Source: a virus
Taxonomy: Duplodnaviria; Caudoviricetes
IMG/VR virus record: IMGVR_UViG_3300014208_000024
Location: 128,001-192,000 of that record
Strand: one strand, 5' to 3'
Length of the DNA stretch: 64,000 nt
Numbering within the stretch: position 1 is the stretch's first letter; each line of letters begins with the position of its first letter. The translations under genes were made by a program, and so were the position numbers. The notes under the pieces are model-generated. The model was not told the DNA's origin and searched no databases. It saw only the letters and a list, made by a program, of their open reading frames with translations. Below, piece after piece: positions 18,653 to 28,271 of this stretch.

Positions 18653-18955
18653 TTAAAGACCTACATATACAGTTGCTATTTCTTCGCTATCTGGAACCAC
18701 CAAATAAACATCGGATGTGTAAATTAGATCAGTTGTTTCATTTTTTGAATATAACTGATAACTTCCAATTGAAGATGCGGACCAGGTTACAGAAAAAATA
18801 GCATTTGTAGCATCGGTTAATGTTGCAGTTAATGAAGAATAGGAAACTCCATCTTTATACAAAATGTTATTTAATATTGCCGAAGAAACTGGCCTATTGT
18901 TTATGTCTACAGACACAATTGTTTCAAAAACTGTTTGTCCTGTTCTTATTTTCAT
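18653..18955 (-). CDS. Small beta-rich putative virion protein
   Basis: 100 aa, S/T/V-rich, TATTTATT upstream, located among fibre genes. Confidence 0.55.
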   Translation of the reverse strand: MKIRTGQTVFETIVSVDINNRPVSSAILNNILYKDGVSYSSLTATLTDATNAIFSVTWSASSIGSYQLYSKNETTDLIYTSDVYLVVPDSEEIATVYVGL

Positions 18956-19015
18956 AATATATTATTCTTATTTTAAATAAATATGTCACGAAAATAATGC
19001 TAATGAAAAATGTTT

Positions 19016-19381
19016 TTAACAATTTTCTGCATCTGCCCACCAATTGGATTCCTTCATTACATCCTCATATATTGGCACTTCTATGATTTCACCATTAAAT
19101 CCTTCTTTTTCTTCAGTTCCAGTTTGAACTTTTTCTCCAGTTGGAACCATTTTACTCTCTTTAATTTTTCCATATAACTCACTGATTGAGTAATTAATTC
19201 CATCTATTGTTATATATTCATATATTACAAAGTTATTAACAGAAGCATCTCTTGATGCTTTATTAAAATATTTAGCTATCCCAATTACAGTTTGATTCTG
19301 TTTTTTAATTGATTGATGATTTTCAATGATGTGGTATTCAATTGGAATACCATTCCATAATGTTGATTTTTTAAGTGCCAT
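19016..19381 (-). CDS. Hypothetical protein (fibre-associated position)
   Basis: 121-aa ORF co-oriented downstream of fibre and LamG-like genes. Confidence 0.55.
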   Translation of the reverse strand: MALKKSTLWNGIPIEYHIIENHQSIKKQNQTVIGIAKYFNKASRDASVNNFVIYEYITIDGINYSISELYGKIKESKMVPTGEKVQTGTEEKEGFNGEIIEVPIYEDVMKESNWWADAENC

Positions 19382-19394
19382 TTTGTTTATTTTA

Positions 19395-20081
19395 TTAATT
19401 TGTTAAAATTTTATTGCTGAAATCATATATACTTATATTTGCAGTTGATGTTCCTTGTAATCCTCCAACAATATCTTTGCTTATATTGGCAGAATCTTGT
19501 AACGGAAAATGATATAATAATTGTGATGTGTTGGGAGAATTATAAAATTTCATATTTCTTAAATATCCAGTCATTGCATCTTGAATGTTTCCTCCGATGT
19601 AAGGGTTAAATGCACTTGAACCAGTTCCAAAAGAACCAGTATAATATTCTGATGAACCAGCAGCGTTTGTCGGAATTAAAACATTATCCTTATAAACCCA
19701 AATTCTCACTCCATTACTAATTATTTTAAGTTTAAATTTGACTCCAAAAGAAAAAAAATTAGTTCTATTATAATTCATTATAAGTGAGCTGCCGTTTCCA
19801 ATCAACACAAGAAAATCTGTTTGTGAATTTCCCCATTGGTTATAAACAATTATTCCTTGCCCACTACCACCCCCAATTAATCTATTAGCAAATATTAAAT
19901 TATAGTGTGTAAAATTTGAAATAATAACATCACATTCAAAAGCAAAAACTCCAGTCTGATGAATATAATTGAAATTTGATGCCGCTCCAACATTTGGGAT
20001 AGATACTCCCCCCTTAAAATACGCCCACTTATCATTCGACTTTAACACTACATTGTTTAAATTTTTAAGTATATTTGACAT
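19395..20081 (-). CDS. Concanavalin A/LamG-like beta-sandwich protein
   Basis: FAFECDVII...VWVYKDNV-like strand...YIGG...TGYLRNMKFYN...YHFPL pattern. Confidence 0.55.
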   Translation of the reverse strand: MSNILKNLNNVVLKSNDKWAYFKGGVSIPNVGAASNFNYIHQTGVFAFECDVIISNFTHYNLIFANRLIGGGSGQGIIVYNQWGNSQTDFLVLIGNGSSLIMNYNRTNFFSFGVKFKLKIISNGVRIWVYKDNVLIPTNAAGSSEYYTGSFGTGSSAFNPYIGGNIQDAMTGYLRNMKFYNSPNTSQLLYHFPLQDSANISKDIVGGLQGTSTANISIYDFSNKILTN

Positions 20082-20086
20082 ATATG

Positions 20087-23002
20087 TTAGATTATAAAGT
20101 AATTAGATAAATTAGAAACCAAATAAACAGTATCCCATTGATTTAAAGTTTGTGAAGAAACCCCATCGATAGTTGCAGTTCCTGCTGTTAAAGTTACAAT
20201 TCCAGCACCAATATTTTTGATAATAATTTTTGTACCATAATAATCTGTTAAGGCTGAGGGGGAAACCAACGTAATTGTTGTTGCTCCTGTTGAATTAACA
20301 AATACTAATTCATCTTTTACATCAAGAGTTGTTGCAGTTGTGTAAGTTGATAAACCATTTCTTGATTTATTATATCTAGTTAAATTACCACTTTGATATA
20401 AATATCTGTAATCAGTTCCAACATACTCCTGTCCGTCAATCATACCCGTTGTTGACCCTGTATAAGAACCTAAGTTCCAATTGTTAGAATTCGTTATTGC
20501 AGTTATTGTAGAAGCAGTTGTTATAAAGCTTTCTGACGTTGTTAAATAATTCTGTAATAAACTAGTTCCAGATGTTGTAATTATACGCTCAGATGCAGCA
20601 GAAAGAGTAACAGCACTAATGTTACCAGTTATGTTGGTTGTTCCAGATACATCTAAAGAAGCTTGGGGAGTTGCAGTGTTTATACCGATTCTAGAATTCG
20701 TTGTATCAACATTCATTATAATGGTGGAAGCATCTAATTTTGTGAATTTAAATGCAGATATATTATCACTTGTCGGATATATTGTTGTGGTTGGATAATA
20801 CTGAACATTTCCACTAAGAGTTATTCCACTATTAACTGTTACATTACCGATAAAAGTTGTATTACCATTATCCAATATTGTTACGGTTGGCGTACCAGAT
20901 GAATTTGCTGTTTGAAACGTTACTCCCGTTGTAAGTCCATTTCCGTAAATGTCTAACGTGGCAGAAGGTGTAAGAGTGTTTATACCTATTGAAGTTCCAC
21001 TTTGGTAAATAATACTATTAGTTACTGAACTAACACTATTAAATACTGGAACATAATTGGTTGTTCCAGAAACATTTGAAGTATAGGCTGCCGTTGACAA
21101 ATAAGAATTGTGAACGTGCAATAAATCAGCATTAGACCCATTTGTTAATGCAGTCATTGATACACTATTTTGTACATAAGACGTAGCACTCACTCCGCCA
21201 TTTATCAATAATAATGAACCATTAAATGTTAAATTTGCGTTAGTATCAAATTTATAATCAATCGGATTCCAATAAGATATTCCACCATTTACTGGGCTAT
21301 CTTGTCTTGTTGCCACAGGTTGTGTAGCGCCAGCTTCACCAACCCTAAACGTTTGTGATGATTCTTCAAATATAAATTCGTAATTAGGATAAGTGCCTCT
21401 ATCTACTATAATTCCAGCATATCCAGCTGTTATTCCAGAGCCAACTTCCCCATTATTAATGGTAATAGTGTTGGCTGAAACATTAAATGCTTCAACATTT
21501 GCAGTATGAGCAGTTCCAATGACAAAAAAATCTCCATTAACGGTTAAATTACCAAGTATCGTATCACCAGTTACATTAATAAATCTATCATCTAATTCTT
21601 CATTTTTATAAATTATTGAGTTTGATGTAATGGATTGTAGTATTGAACTTCCTGTAACGCTCAAATTGTTTAATGTAGCTGCAGATATACTCACGGTTGG
21701 TAAATCAACAGTTCCACCAGTGTATGTATTTAATCCATTTTGAATATAAGTTTTATTTAAATCTGAACCTATTGTTTGAAAAATGTCATATAAATTTGTT
21801 TGTCCAGAAATTATTGTATCAGCGGAAAAAATATTTATATAAGCTTCTCTATTTGCATTAAAATTATTAACATATACAGTATATTGGCTAGTTGCAGTTA
21901 TACCACTACCAGCTATTATTACTGAACTACTTGCAGATGCTATATTATATAATCCACCCAATATATATGAATTACTACCAATTGATTTGTTATATCCACC
22001 AGAAACAAACGAATTCATTCCAGTTGCTGTTGAATAATATCCTTCGGCATGACTATATTCTCCAATTGCTATTGTATTATTTCCTTCAGCATGACTATTA
22101 ACTCCAAATGCTATTGTATTATTTCCTTCGGCATGACTATTATCTCCAATTGTAGTTGTTAGACTCCCTTCGGCGTGACTTGCTTGACCAGATGAAATGT
22201 TTCCACTTCCTTCGACGTGTGACGAATTTCCAATTGCGATATTACTATTTCCTTCAGCATGACTGTCAGTTCCAATACTGGTATTTGCACCACCCTCCGC
22301 ATGACTATTTAACCCCCAAGATTCACTTGTTGATCCTTCTGCATGACTATTAGCTCCAATTGATAGAGTTAAATATCCTTCGGTGTGAGAATAATCTCCC
22401 AATGTTGTTGTTTCTCTACCTTCACTGTGACTGGCATAACCACTAGATATATTAGATTTTCCTTCTGCATGACTATCATCGCTGAAAGCTGTTGTTAAAT
22501 ATCCTTCACTATGTGAATCATTTCCAATGGATGTTGTTTCAGCACCCTCCGCATGACTTGATTCTCCACTTGCAATTGTTGCGTAACCATGAACCAAAGA
22601 ATAATTTCCTACAGCATCTAATCCAGTACTATTAATTGCCTTTATAGAAGATATTCCACTTGACCCAGACATCCAATTTTTTTGATTTGAAATTGAAGTA
22701 ACAAATATATCTAACAAATTTGTTGATCCAGAAATAAATGTTGCTGCAGATAAAGTTTGAAAAGAACTTGTTCCAGTTACAATAAAATTTCCATTAACTG
22801 TCCCCCCTGTTAATCCCAGGTAGGAATTTGAACCAAATTCAAATACATTTGACCCATCAAAAGAGTAGAGCTTTTTATCTGCTGTATTAACAGCTAATTC
22901 TCCTTGTTTAATAAAATTACTTTCATCCCCAGTTGTTCCAGTAGGAATTCTTCCAGAAACAGCCGTTCTTTTGGGTAAAAGTCTTGCGTTTTTTGTTGTC
23001 AT
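20087..23002 (-). CDS. Tail fibre / adhesin with YadA-head-like repeats
   Basis: N-terminal KRTAVSGRIP..GELAVNTADKKLY fibre-anchor motif; 14-aa SHxEG repeats; two IGINTxTPxAxLD[IV]xG fibre repeats; S/T/G/N-rich. Confidence 0.8.
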   Translation of the reverse strand: MTTKNARLLPKRTAVSGRIPTGTTGDESNFIKQGELAVNTADKKLYSFDGSNVFEFGSNSYLGLTGGTVNGNFIVTGTSSFQTLSAATFISGSTNLLDIFVTSISNQKNWMSGSSGISSIKAINSTGLDAVGNYSLVHGYATIASGESSHAEGAETTSIGNDSHSEGYLTTAFSDDSHAEGKSNISSGYASHSEGRETTTLGDYSHTEGYLTLSIGANSHAEGSTSESWGLNSHAEGGANTSIGTDSHAEGNSNIAIGNSSHVEGSGNISSGQASHAEGSLTTTIGDNSHAEGNNTIAFGVNSHAEGNNTIAIGEYSHAEGYYSTATGMNSFVSGGYNKSIGSNSYILGGLYNIASASSSVIIAGSGITATSQYTVYVNNFNANREAYINIFSADTIISGQTNLYDIFQTIGSDLNKTYIQNGLNTYTGGTVDLPTVSISAATLNNLSVTGSSILQSITSNSIIYKNEELDDRFINVTGDTILGNLTVNGDFFVIGTAHTANVEAFNVSANTITINNGEVGSGITAGYAGIIVDRGTYPNYEFIFEESSQTFRVGEAGATQPVATRQDSPVNGGISYWNPIDYKFDTNANLTFNGSLLLINGGVSATSYVQNSVSMTALTNGSNADLLHVHNSYLSTAAYTSNVSGTTNYVPVFNSVSSVTNSIIYQSGTSIGINTLTPSATLDIYGNGLTTGVTFQTANSSGTPTVTILDNGNTTFIGNVTVNSGITLSGNVQYYPTTTIYPTSDNISAFKFTKLDASTIIMNVDTTNSRIGINTATPQASLDVSGTTNITGNISAVTLSAASERIITTSGTSLLQNYLTTSESFITTASTITAITNSNNWNLGSYTGSTTGMIDGQEYVGTDYRYLYQSGNLTRYNKSRNGLSTYTTATTLDVKDELVFVNSTGATTITLVSPSALTDYYGTKIIIKNIGAGIVTLTAGTATIDGVSSQTLNQWDTVYLVSNLSNYFII
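22041..22567 (-). repeat. 13 tandem 42-nt (14-aa) S-H-x-E-G repeats
   Basis: GESSHAEG, GNDSHSEG ... GEYSHAEG at a strict 14-residue period; recurring plus-strand gcatgact. Confidence 0.85.
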
Positions 23003-23134
23003 AATATGCCGAAATTATATAATTTCTCAAAAAAAAATAATAAGCTATATAGCTCTGAAAATAAATAGTGAAAATTAAGTTTAATTTAATTTTTATAAGT
23101 TTTTTTAAATAAATGTGGAAAAAATTTTTTTCAA

Positions 23135-23142
23135 TATTTATA
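23135..23142 (+). promoter_or_regulatory. Putative late-promoter motif TATTTATA (tail tube)
   Basis: 25 nt upstream of tube ATG, on the plus strand, showing the motif follows gene orientation. Confidence 0.6.
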
Positions 23143-23167
23143 AAAAACATTTAAATAAAATTATATT

Positions 23168-23656
23168 ATGGCTGATATGTTTAGACCAGTTCCCGTTGAA
23201 CAGGAACCAAAAAGAAAAAACAGATTCGTTCTTGAGTTTCCAACTGAGTTGGGAATTGAATCTTATTTAGTTCAAACTTCAGGAAAACCTTCATTAGAGA
23301 TTGGAAGTACTGAAATACCATATATGAATACCTCAACATTTGTAAGTGGTCGTTATAAATGGAGCACTATGGATGTAGAATTCATTGATGTAATTGGTCC
23401 TTCCACAACTCAAAAGGTAATGGAATGGGTTAGGTTGCACGCTGAAAGCGCAACTGGTAGGATGGGTTATGCAATTGGTTACAAGAAAAATCTTGTTCTA
23501 AAAGCTTTAGACCCAACTGGAGTTGAAGTTGAAAAATGGACTTTAATTGGATGTCTTATCACAAACGCTTCTTTTGATGACTATGATTACAGTGCTGATG
23601 ATGTTGCAAAAGTAAAAATCACCATCCAGCCAGACAGATGTCTGTTGAATGCTTAA
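23168..23656 (+). CDS. gp19: Tail tube protein (T4 gp19-like)
   Basis: EPKRKNRFVLEF, TEIPYMN..GRYKW, YKKNLVLKALDPTGVEVEKWTLIGC, FDDYDYS. Confidence 0.85.
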   Translation: MADMFRPVPVEQEPKRKNRFVLEFPTELGIESYLVQTSGKPSLEIGSTEIPYMNTSTFVSGRYKWSTMDVEFIDVIGPSTTQKVMEWVRLHAESATGRMGYAIGYKKNLVLKALDPTGVEVEKWTLIGCLITNASFDDYDYSADDVAKVKITIQPDRCLLNA

Positions 23657-23672
23657 TTTTTATTTTTTAATA

Positions 23673-23700
23673 AAACTCTGAAGTTTTTATTTCAGAGTTT
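23673..23700 (+). terminator. Intrinsic terminator
   Basis: AAACTCTGAA-N8-TTCAGAGTTT after tube stop. Confidence 0.65.
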
Positions 23701-23715
23701 ATTTAATTTATCATT

Positions 23716-24102
23716 ATGGCTGTAATTAGACTGTATAGAAAAATTTATAAAATAAACTCTAGTAAAGCTAGTGATTTATATAGTCTAATTAATCCATTTT
23801 CAATAACTGCAAACACTTACTTAAAAGACACATCAACTATTGTTGAAACAAATACAGTGGTCACAAAAGAATCTGATGGAGTTTATTTTACTGATTTAAA
23901 CCCGATATTTTATTCTTATGATAATGTATATGATTTAAAGTGGACAGTTCAATATTTAGAAAACAAACCTATAAAAATACTTACAACATCATTTAAACTA
24001 AATCCAATAAATATTTCTGGTGAAATTACTACAGAAATTGAAAATCAAGAAATACAATGTGAAATTAATGATGTACAAACAATAGAAGTTATAATTTTAT
24101 AA
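23716..24102 (+). CDS. Putative virion protein
   Basis: 128 aa, beta-rich (GVYFTDL..YDLKWTVQY), in tail region. Confidence 0.55.
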   Translation: MAVIRLYRKIYKINSSKASDLYSLINPFSITANTYLKDTSTIVETNTVVTKESDGVYFTDLNPIFYSYDNVYDLKWTVQYLENKPIKILTTSFKLNPINISGEITTEIENQEIQCEINDVQTIEVIIL

Positions 24103-24103
24103 A

Positions 24104-24463
24104 ATGAGTACTGCAACATCAATATTTAAAATAAAAAGAAACGATACTTTACCAGTGTTACAAGTAAGCATTGGTACAAGAGGAAGTTTGGGACAGAAAA
24201 TAGGCTATGATCTTTCTGGTGTTACAGGAGTTACTTTTACAATGGTTGATGATTGTTCAAATTCTAAAATATATGCACAAACTGCTCAAATCATTTGTAC
24301 TTCAGGTGGAACAATTCAATATTCATGGCAAGATGGAGATACTGATACAGAAGGAAATTTTTATGGAGAATTTGAATTAAGATATAATACAGGCCAAAGA
24401 CTTTCAATTCCAACACAAGGTGGAATAAAAATAGAAATATCAAAAGATATTGATCCTTTTTAA
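24104..24463 (+). CDS. BppU N-terminal-like baseplate/fibre adaptor
   Basis: FKIKRNDTLPVL...GVTFTM...GTIQYSWQDGDT..GNFYGEFEL...SIPT. Confidence 0.6.
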   Translation: MSTATSIFKIKRNDTLPVLQVSIGTRGSLGQKIGYDLSGVTGVTFTMVDDCSNSKIYAQTAQIICTSGGTIQYSWQDGDTDTEGNFYGEFELRYNTGQRLSIPTQGGIKIEISKDIDPF

Positions 24464-24486
24464 TATTATAACAAAAATAGACAAAT

Positions 24487-24512
24487 AATCCTCCTTAGAA
24501 ATTTGGAGGATT
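24487..24512. terminator. Bidirectional terminator between convergent genes
   Basis: AATCCTCC-N10-GGAGGATT flanked by A and T runs. Confidence 0.7.
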
Positions 24513-24522
24513 TTTTATTTCT

Positions 24523-25116
24523 TTAAAATGATCCTCCATCTATTACATCAAAGTTTACCGCAAAAATATCATATAAGTTTGTACTTGAAGAAAAAATTGT
24601 TGCAGCAGAAATGGATGAAAAATAAGAGCTTCCGCTTACTGATAAAGAATTTAAAGTTGCAGAAGTAATGTTTATTGTTTGAGAACTATATGTACCTGCA
24701 GTAAAAATGTTTATTCCATTTTGTACTGGAAATCCACTTCCACCACTGGATCCTGTAAGAATTATAGAACTTATTGGCGCTAAAACAAAACCTATTGAAG
24801 TTCCACTAAGAAAATATCCAGTTAAATCACTTTGTCCAGCATATGTTGTAATTTCACCAGTTGAAGCTGATATAACAAACATGTTGTTTAAGTTTATTCC
24901 ACTTAAAACTCTTAAATTACTTATAGTAGAACCAACCTCAAAAACACCTGGTTGTCCAGCTGATGGTTGATATATCCCCCCTGGTGTACCTGAAAACAAT
25001 AAAATACCATCATATGTATTAATAAGAGGTTCTCCCAAAAGAACATCCGATGGAATTGGGTTTGATCCTCCTGTTTCTTTTTTTCTTAACACATATCTTA
25101 TTTGATTATTTGCCAT
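24523..25116 (-). CDS. Short fibre-like virion protein
   Basis: N-terminal LRK...P...LLGEPLINTYDG resembles the fibre anchor of 20087..23002; carries the TNLYDIF module. Confidence 0.6.
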   Translation of the reverse strand: MANNQIRYVLRKKETGGSNPIPSDVLLGEPLINTYDGILLFSGTPGGIYQPSAGQPGVFEVGSTISNLRVLSGINLNNMFVISASTGEITTYAGQSDLTGYFLSGTSIGFVLAPISSIILTGSSGGSGFPVQNGINIFTAGTYSSQTINITSATLNSLSVSGSSYFSSISAATIFSSSTNLYDIFAVNFDVIDGGSF

Positions 25117-25153
25117 TATATAATTTCTTTATTATAAATATTGTATTTTTATT

Positions 25154-26443
25154 TTACCAAGTACCACCAATTAAAACATCTCCTGATAAAATTATATTAT
25201 TTTTAGTTATTATTTTAACTGCATCCAAAACAATGGTCACTGCTGATGTTGTTTGCAAAGAACTTGTTCCAGTAACTGCTAATGAATTATTTATTAACAA
25301 AGCACCTGTCATTGTGTCTCCACTTTTATAAACATATAAACTGTTATTTTGAGACGGAGTAGAAAATATATCATATAAATTTGTTGCTCCAGAAATAAGT
25401 GTTCCAGCGCTCAATATCGTTGTGGAAATTGTTGTTAATTGAGATGTTCCAGAAACACTTAAGTTGTTTAAAGAAGCAGCAGAAATATTAACATAAGGTT
25501 TATTGGCTGTTCCTCCAGTGTATGTATTTAAACCAGGTTGTAAACGTGTAATATCTTCACTTCCTTTTACATCAAATATATCATATAAGTTTGTTGCTCC
25601 AGAAATAAACGTTCCAGCACTCAATATCGTTGTAGAAATTGTTGTTAATTGAGATGTTCCAGAAACACTTAAATTATTTAACGTAGCTGAAGAAACATTT
25701 ATAGATGGATTATCAACAGTTCCTCCTGTATATATATTTAAACCACTTTGAACATAAGTTTTGTTTAAATCAGAACCTATTGTTTGAAATATGTTATATA
25801 AATTTGTTGTTCCAGAAATAAATGTTCCAGCACTCAATGTCGTTGTAGAAATTGTTGTTAATTGAGATAAACCAGAAACACTTAAGTTGTTTAAAGAAGC
25901 AGCAGAAATATTAATATAAGGTTTATTATCTGTTCCTCCAGTGTATGTATTTAAACCAGGCTGTAAACGTGTAATATCTTCACTTCCTTTTACGTCAAAT
26001 ATATCATATAAATTTGTTGCTCCAGAAATAAGTGTTCCAGCACTCAATGTTGTTCCATATAATGTTGCAGCTGTAAGTAAATAGTCAACAGTGATTCCAG
26101 AGAAATGTTCAATTGGTACAGAATAAGCAATACCTCCACTTGTAAGAAAAGACAATTGATTATTTACAAAAGTTCCTCCAGTAGTAAAAGTATCTCCACT
26201 CAATTGAGCCACAAAAGACGTTAAATAAAAAGAAACATTAACTCCATCATTTCTTGATAATGTTACAACATATCCAGTATTACTTCCTCCAGTAACATAA
26301 TAATCATGAATTCCTGTGAGATTACTTCCGTCTCCATAAATTGTGGATGCCGACAAATTTTGAGAAAAGTAGGTGTCTCCCGATACAGTTCCTCCGCTCA
26401 ATTTTAAATAATCAGTGTTTATCGGTTTAATATATTGTCCCAT
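25154..26443 (-). CDS. Fibre-like protein with 70/71-aa repeats
   Basis: S/T/G-rich; three SGxTNLYxIF...GLNxYTGGT...LNNLSVSG units. Confidence 0.7.
   Translation of the reverse strand: MGQYIKPINTDYLKLSGGTVSGDTYFSQNLSASTIYGDGSNLTGIHDYYVTGGSNTGYVVTLSRNDGVNVSFYLTSFVAQLSGDTFTTGGTFVNNQLSFLTSGGIAYSVPIEHFSGITVDYLLTAATLYGTTLSAGTLISGATNLYDIFDVKGSEDITRLQPGLNTYTGGTDNKPYINISAASLNNLSVSGLSQLTTISTTTLSAGTFISGTTNLYNIFQTIGSDLNKTYVQSGLNIYTGGTVDNPSINVSSATLNNLSVSGTSQLTTISTTILSAGTFISGATNLYDIFDVKGSEDITRLQPGLNTYTGGTANKPYVNISAASLNNLSVSGTSQLTTISTTILSAGTLISGATNLYDIFSTPSQNNSLYVYKSGDTMTGALLINNSLAVTGTSSLQTTSAVTIVLDAVKIITKNNIILSGDVLIGGTW
25364..26026 (-). repeat. A-B-A tandem repeat of 210/213/210 nt plus partial unit
   Basis: Units 1 and 3 near-identical in DNA (gttcctccagtgtatgtatttaaaccagg at 25509 and 25932); unit 2 divergent. 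Confidence 0.85.
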
Positions 26444-26533
26444 GTAAATATAAAAAGCGGTTTTAAATATATGCTTATCATAAATAAATAGTGATAAAAT
26501 AATTAAAATTTAACTATTTACAAAAAAAACAAC

Positions 26534-27088
26534 GTGAGTAATTCTGAATTTATTAGATATAAAATAAGACAAATTATACGAGAGGGAATTGCTCATATTT
26601 TAATGTCAAAAGTTCTTGATGATGGAAGAATTAATTTATTGAGTCATTCTACGCTATACGGAGCCCCATATTCAACGAAACCATTTGTGCTTAGGAATTA
26701 TATCGTCAAAAAAGAAATGCAATTTGAGATTGAATTAAGGCACTTATTTAATGACAACGTTATTCTTCATGAAGATAAAAAATCACAAGAATTAATAGCA
26801 TATTTAAAAAATGGCGGAAAACAAATTTTTACTTTAAAGCTAAGCTCAGATAGACTCAAACCATCTTTTATTCGTTTCGATTGTTTGCCTGGTAAAGAAA
26901 AAATAAAAATTCCAGTAACAATATCAGAAGAAGAAGTAGAAAGAATAATTTTAGATCACAGAGAAAAAATAATAGATGCTGGATTTAAAAATATATTTAA
27001 TCATCTTTACATACAAGTTCCAGAAAATTCTTCTACTGAATCTATAGAAGATTTTTATAAAGAAATTGGAAAAGAAACAAAATTATAA
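26534..27088 (+). CDS. Hypothetical protein with capsid-type leader
   Basis: GTG start, IRYKIRQIIREG leader; CTATTTACA 11 nt upstream. Confidence 0.6.
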   Translation: MSNSEFIRYKIRQIIREGIAHILMSKVLDDGRINLLSHSTLYGAPYSTKPFVLRNYIVKKEMQFEIELRHLFNDNVILHEDKKSQELIAYLKNGGKQIFTLKLSSDRLKPSFIRFDCLPGKEKIKIPVTISEEEVERIILDHREKIIDAGFKNIFNHLYIQVPENSSTESIEDFYKEIGKETKL

Positions 27089-28138
27089 AATTCCGCTTAC
27101 AAATAAATCTATTTGTTGTTTAGATAACATAACATTGATTTTATCTCCACTATCTATTACCGATTTCCATTTTGCTTGATTCACTTCTTCTAGTTTTTTG
27201 TCTTTTCCGTTTTTATTATAAGTCCATCCAGATTTTATTTCTATATTACTTCCGTTATAAAAAAAGTCTGTGTGATAAACATGAGATTTTCCATCATAAA
27301 TATAATCGTAACTCTTTCCATTAGAAACTTTTTCTAACAAACCTTTTTCTTCCATTTTTTCTAAGAAATAAAGCTCGTATGACCCTTGATAATATATTTC
27401 TGTATCTTTGTATCTTTTAACTTTATACTGGGCTTTAAAATGCTTTTGAAGAAGATTGTAATCTTTAAGATGATGAGATACTCCAAAATTATCCATTGAA
27501 GTTTGTTTTTTCTTTTCTTTAACAACTTCACTTTGTGAAGCATTTTCAACTCCATAATGTTCGTTTGTAGTTGCTTTTACTTTATCTTTTGTTTCTTGTA
27601 GTTGAGATATATTCTCTACTCCATGACGTTTTAAATTTGTTTTTTTTTGTTTATTTAAAAATTCTGGCAACTTTAAATGATGATCTACCCCGAATTTTTT
27701 TATTCTAGTTTGTTTTGCTTTTTCTGAAAACTCTTTAAAACAATTTTCTCCGTATTTTTCTATTTTAACCCTTTTGTTTTCCTGCGGATTATTGAAATTT
27801 TCGTCTCCGTATCTATTTTTTTTAGTATTTTTACTTTTTTCTTTTATAAATTCTAATTGAAATATATTATCAACACCAAATTTTTCTTTTACAGCTTCTT
27901 TAGAAAGGTCCACTCTTTTTTTTATGTTTTCTGGCATTTTTTGCCACGTTATTCTACATTCTTCAGAACATAGCCTTTTTGGATTACTTTTTCTAACCTC
28001 AAACTCTTTTCCACAAAGCAAACATTTTTTTATTTCTCTTGACTTTTTACTTTTTAATATATCTGCACATTTCCTACAACAAGTTTTCATTCCTTCTTTA
28101 GGATTTTCACATCCACATATTAAACATTTTTCTTTCAT
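27083..28138 (-). CDS. Putative homing endonuclease (Zn-finger + KxGVxN repeats + TnsA-like PD-(D/E)xK)
   Basis: CxxC/CCxxC and CxxC...CSEEC fingers; [FYH]GV[DE]N repeats; YQGSYELYF...YHTDFF...IEIKS. Confidence 0.7.
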   Translation of the reverse strand: MKEKCLICGCENPKEGMKTCCRKCADILKSKKSREIKKCLLCGKEFEVRKSNPKRLCSEECRITWQKMPENIKKRVDLSKEAVKEKFGVDNIFQLEFIKEKSKNTKKNRYGDENFNNPQENKRVKIEKYGENCFKEFSEKAKQTRIKKFGVDHHLKLPEFLNKQKKTNLKRHGVENISQLQETKDKVKATTNEHYGVENASQSEVVKEKKKQTSMDNFGVSHHLKDYNLLQKHFKAQYKVKRYKDTEIYYQGSYELYFLEKMEEKGLLEKVSNGKSYDYIYDGKSHVYHTDFFYNGSNIEIKSGWTYNKNGKDKKLEEVNQAKWKSVIDSGDKINVMLSKQQIDLFVSGIL

Positions 28139-28221
28139 ATATTTTGTTTTTTTACTAACCGAAGCTTAGTTTGATTATAAATATATAAAATTTTTTTGAA
28201 ATTATCAAATATAAAATAAAA

Positions 28222-28248
28222 AAGGGAGAAATAAAAAAATTCTCCCTT
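28222..28248 (-). terminator. Intrinsic terminator after tail sheath
   Basis: AAGGGAGAA-N9-TTCTCCCTT with minus-strand T run. Confidence 0.7.
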
Positions 28249-28271
28249 GTAAGTAATTGATTATCAGATTT

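Noticed and set aside
25364-26026. Diversity-generating retroelement TR/VR pair
   Set aside because: Differences between the A units are not adenine-specific (CAG/CAA, GAC/GAT, GAT/GCC), both copies lie in-frame in one gene, and no reverse transcriptase is present.
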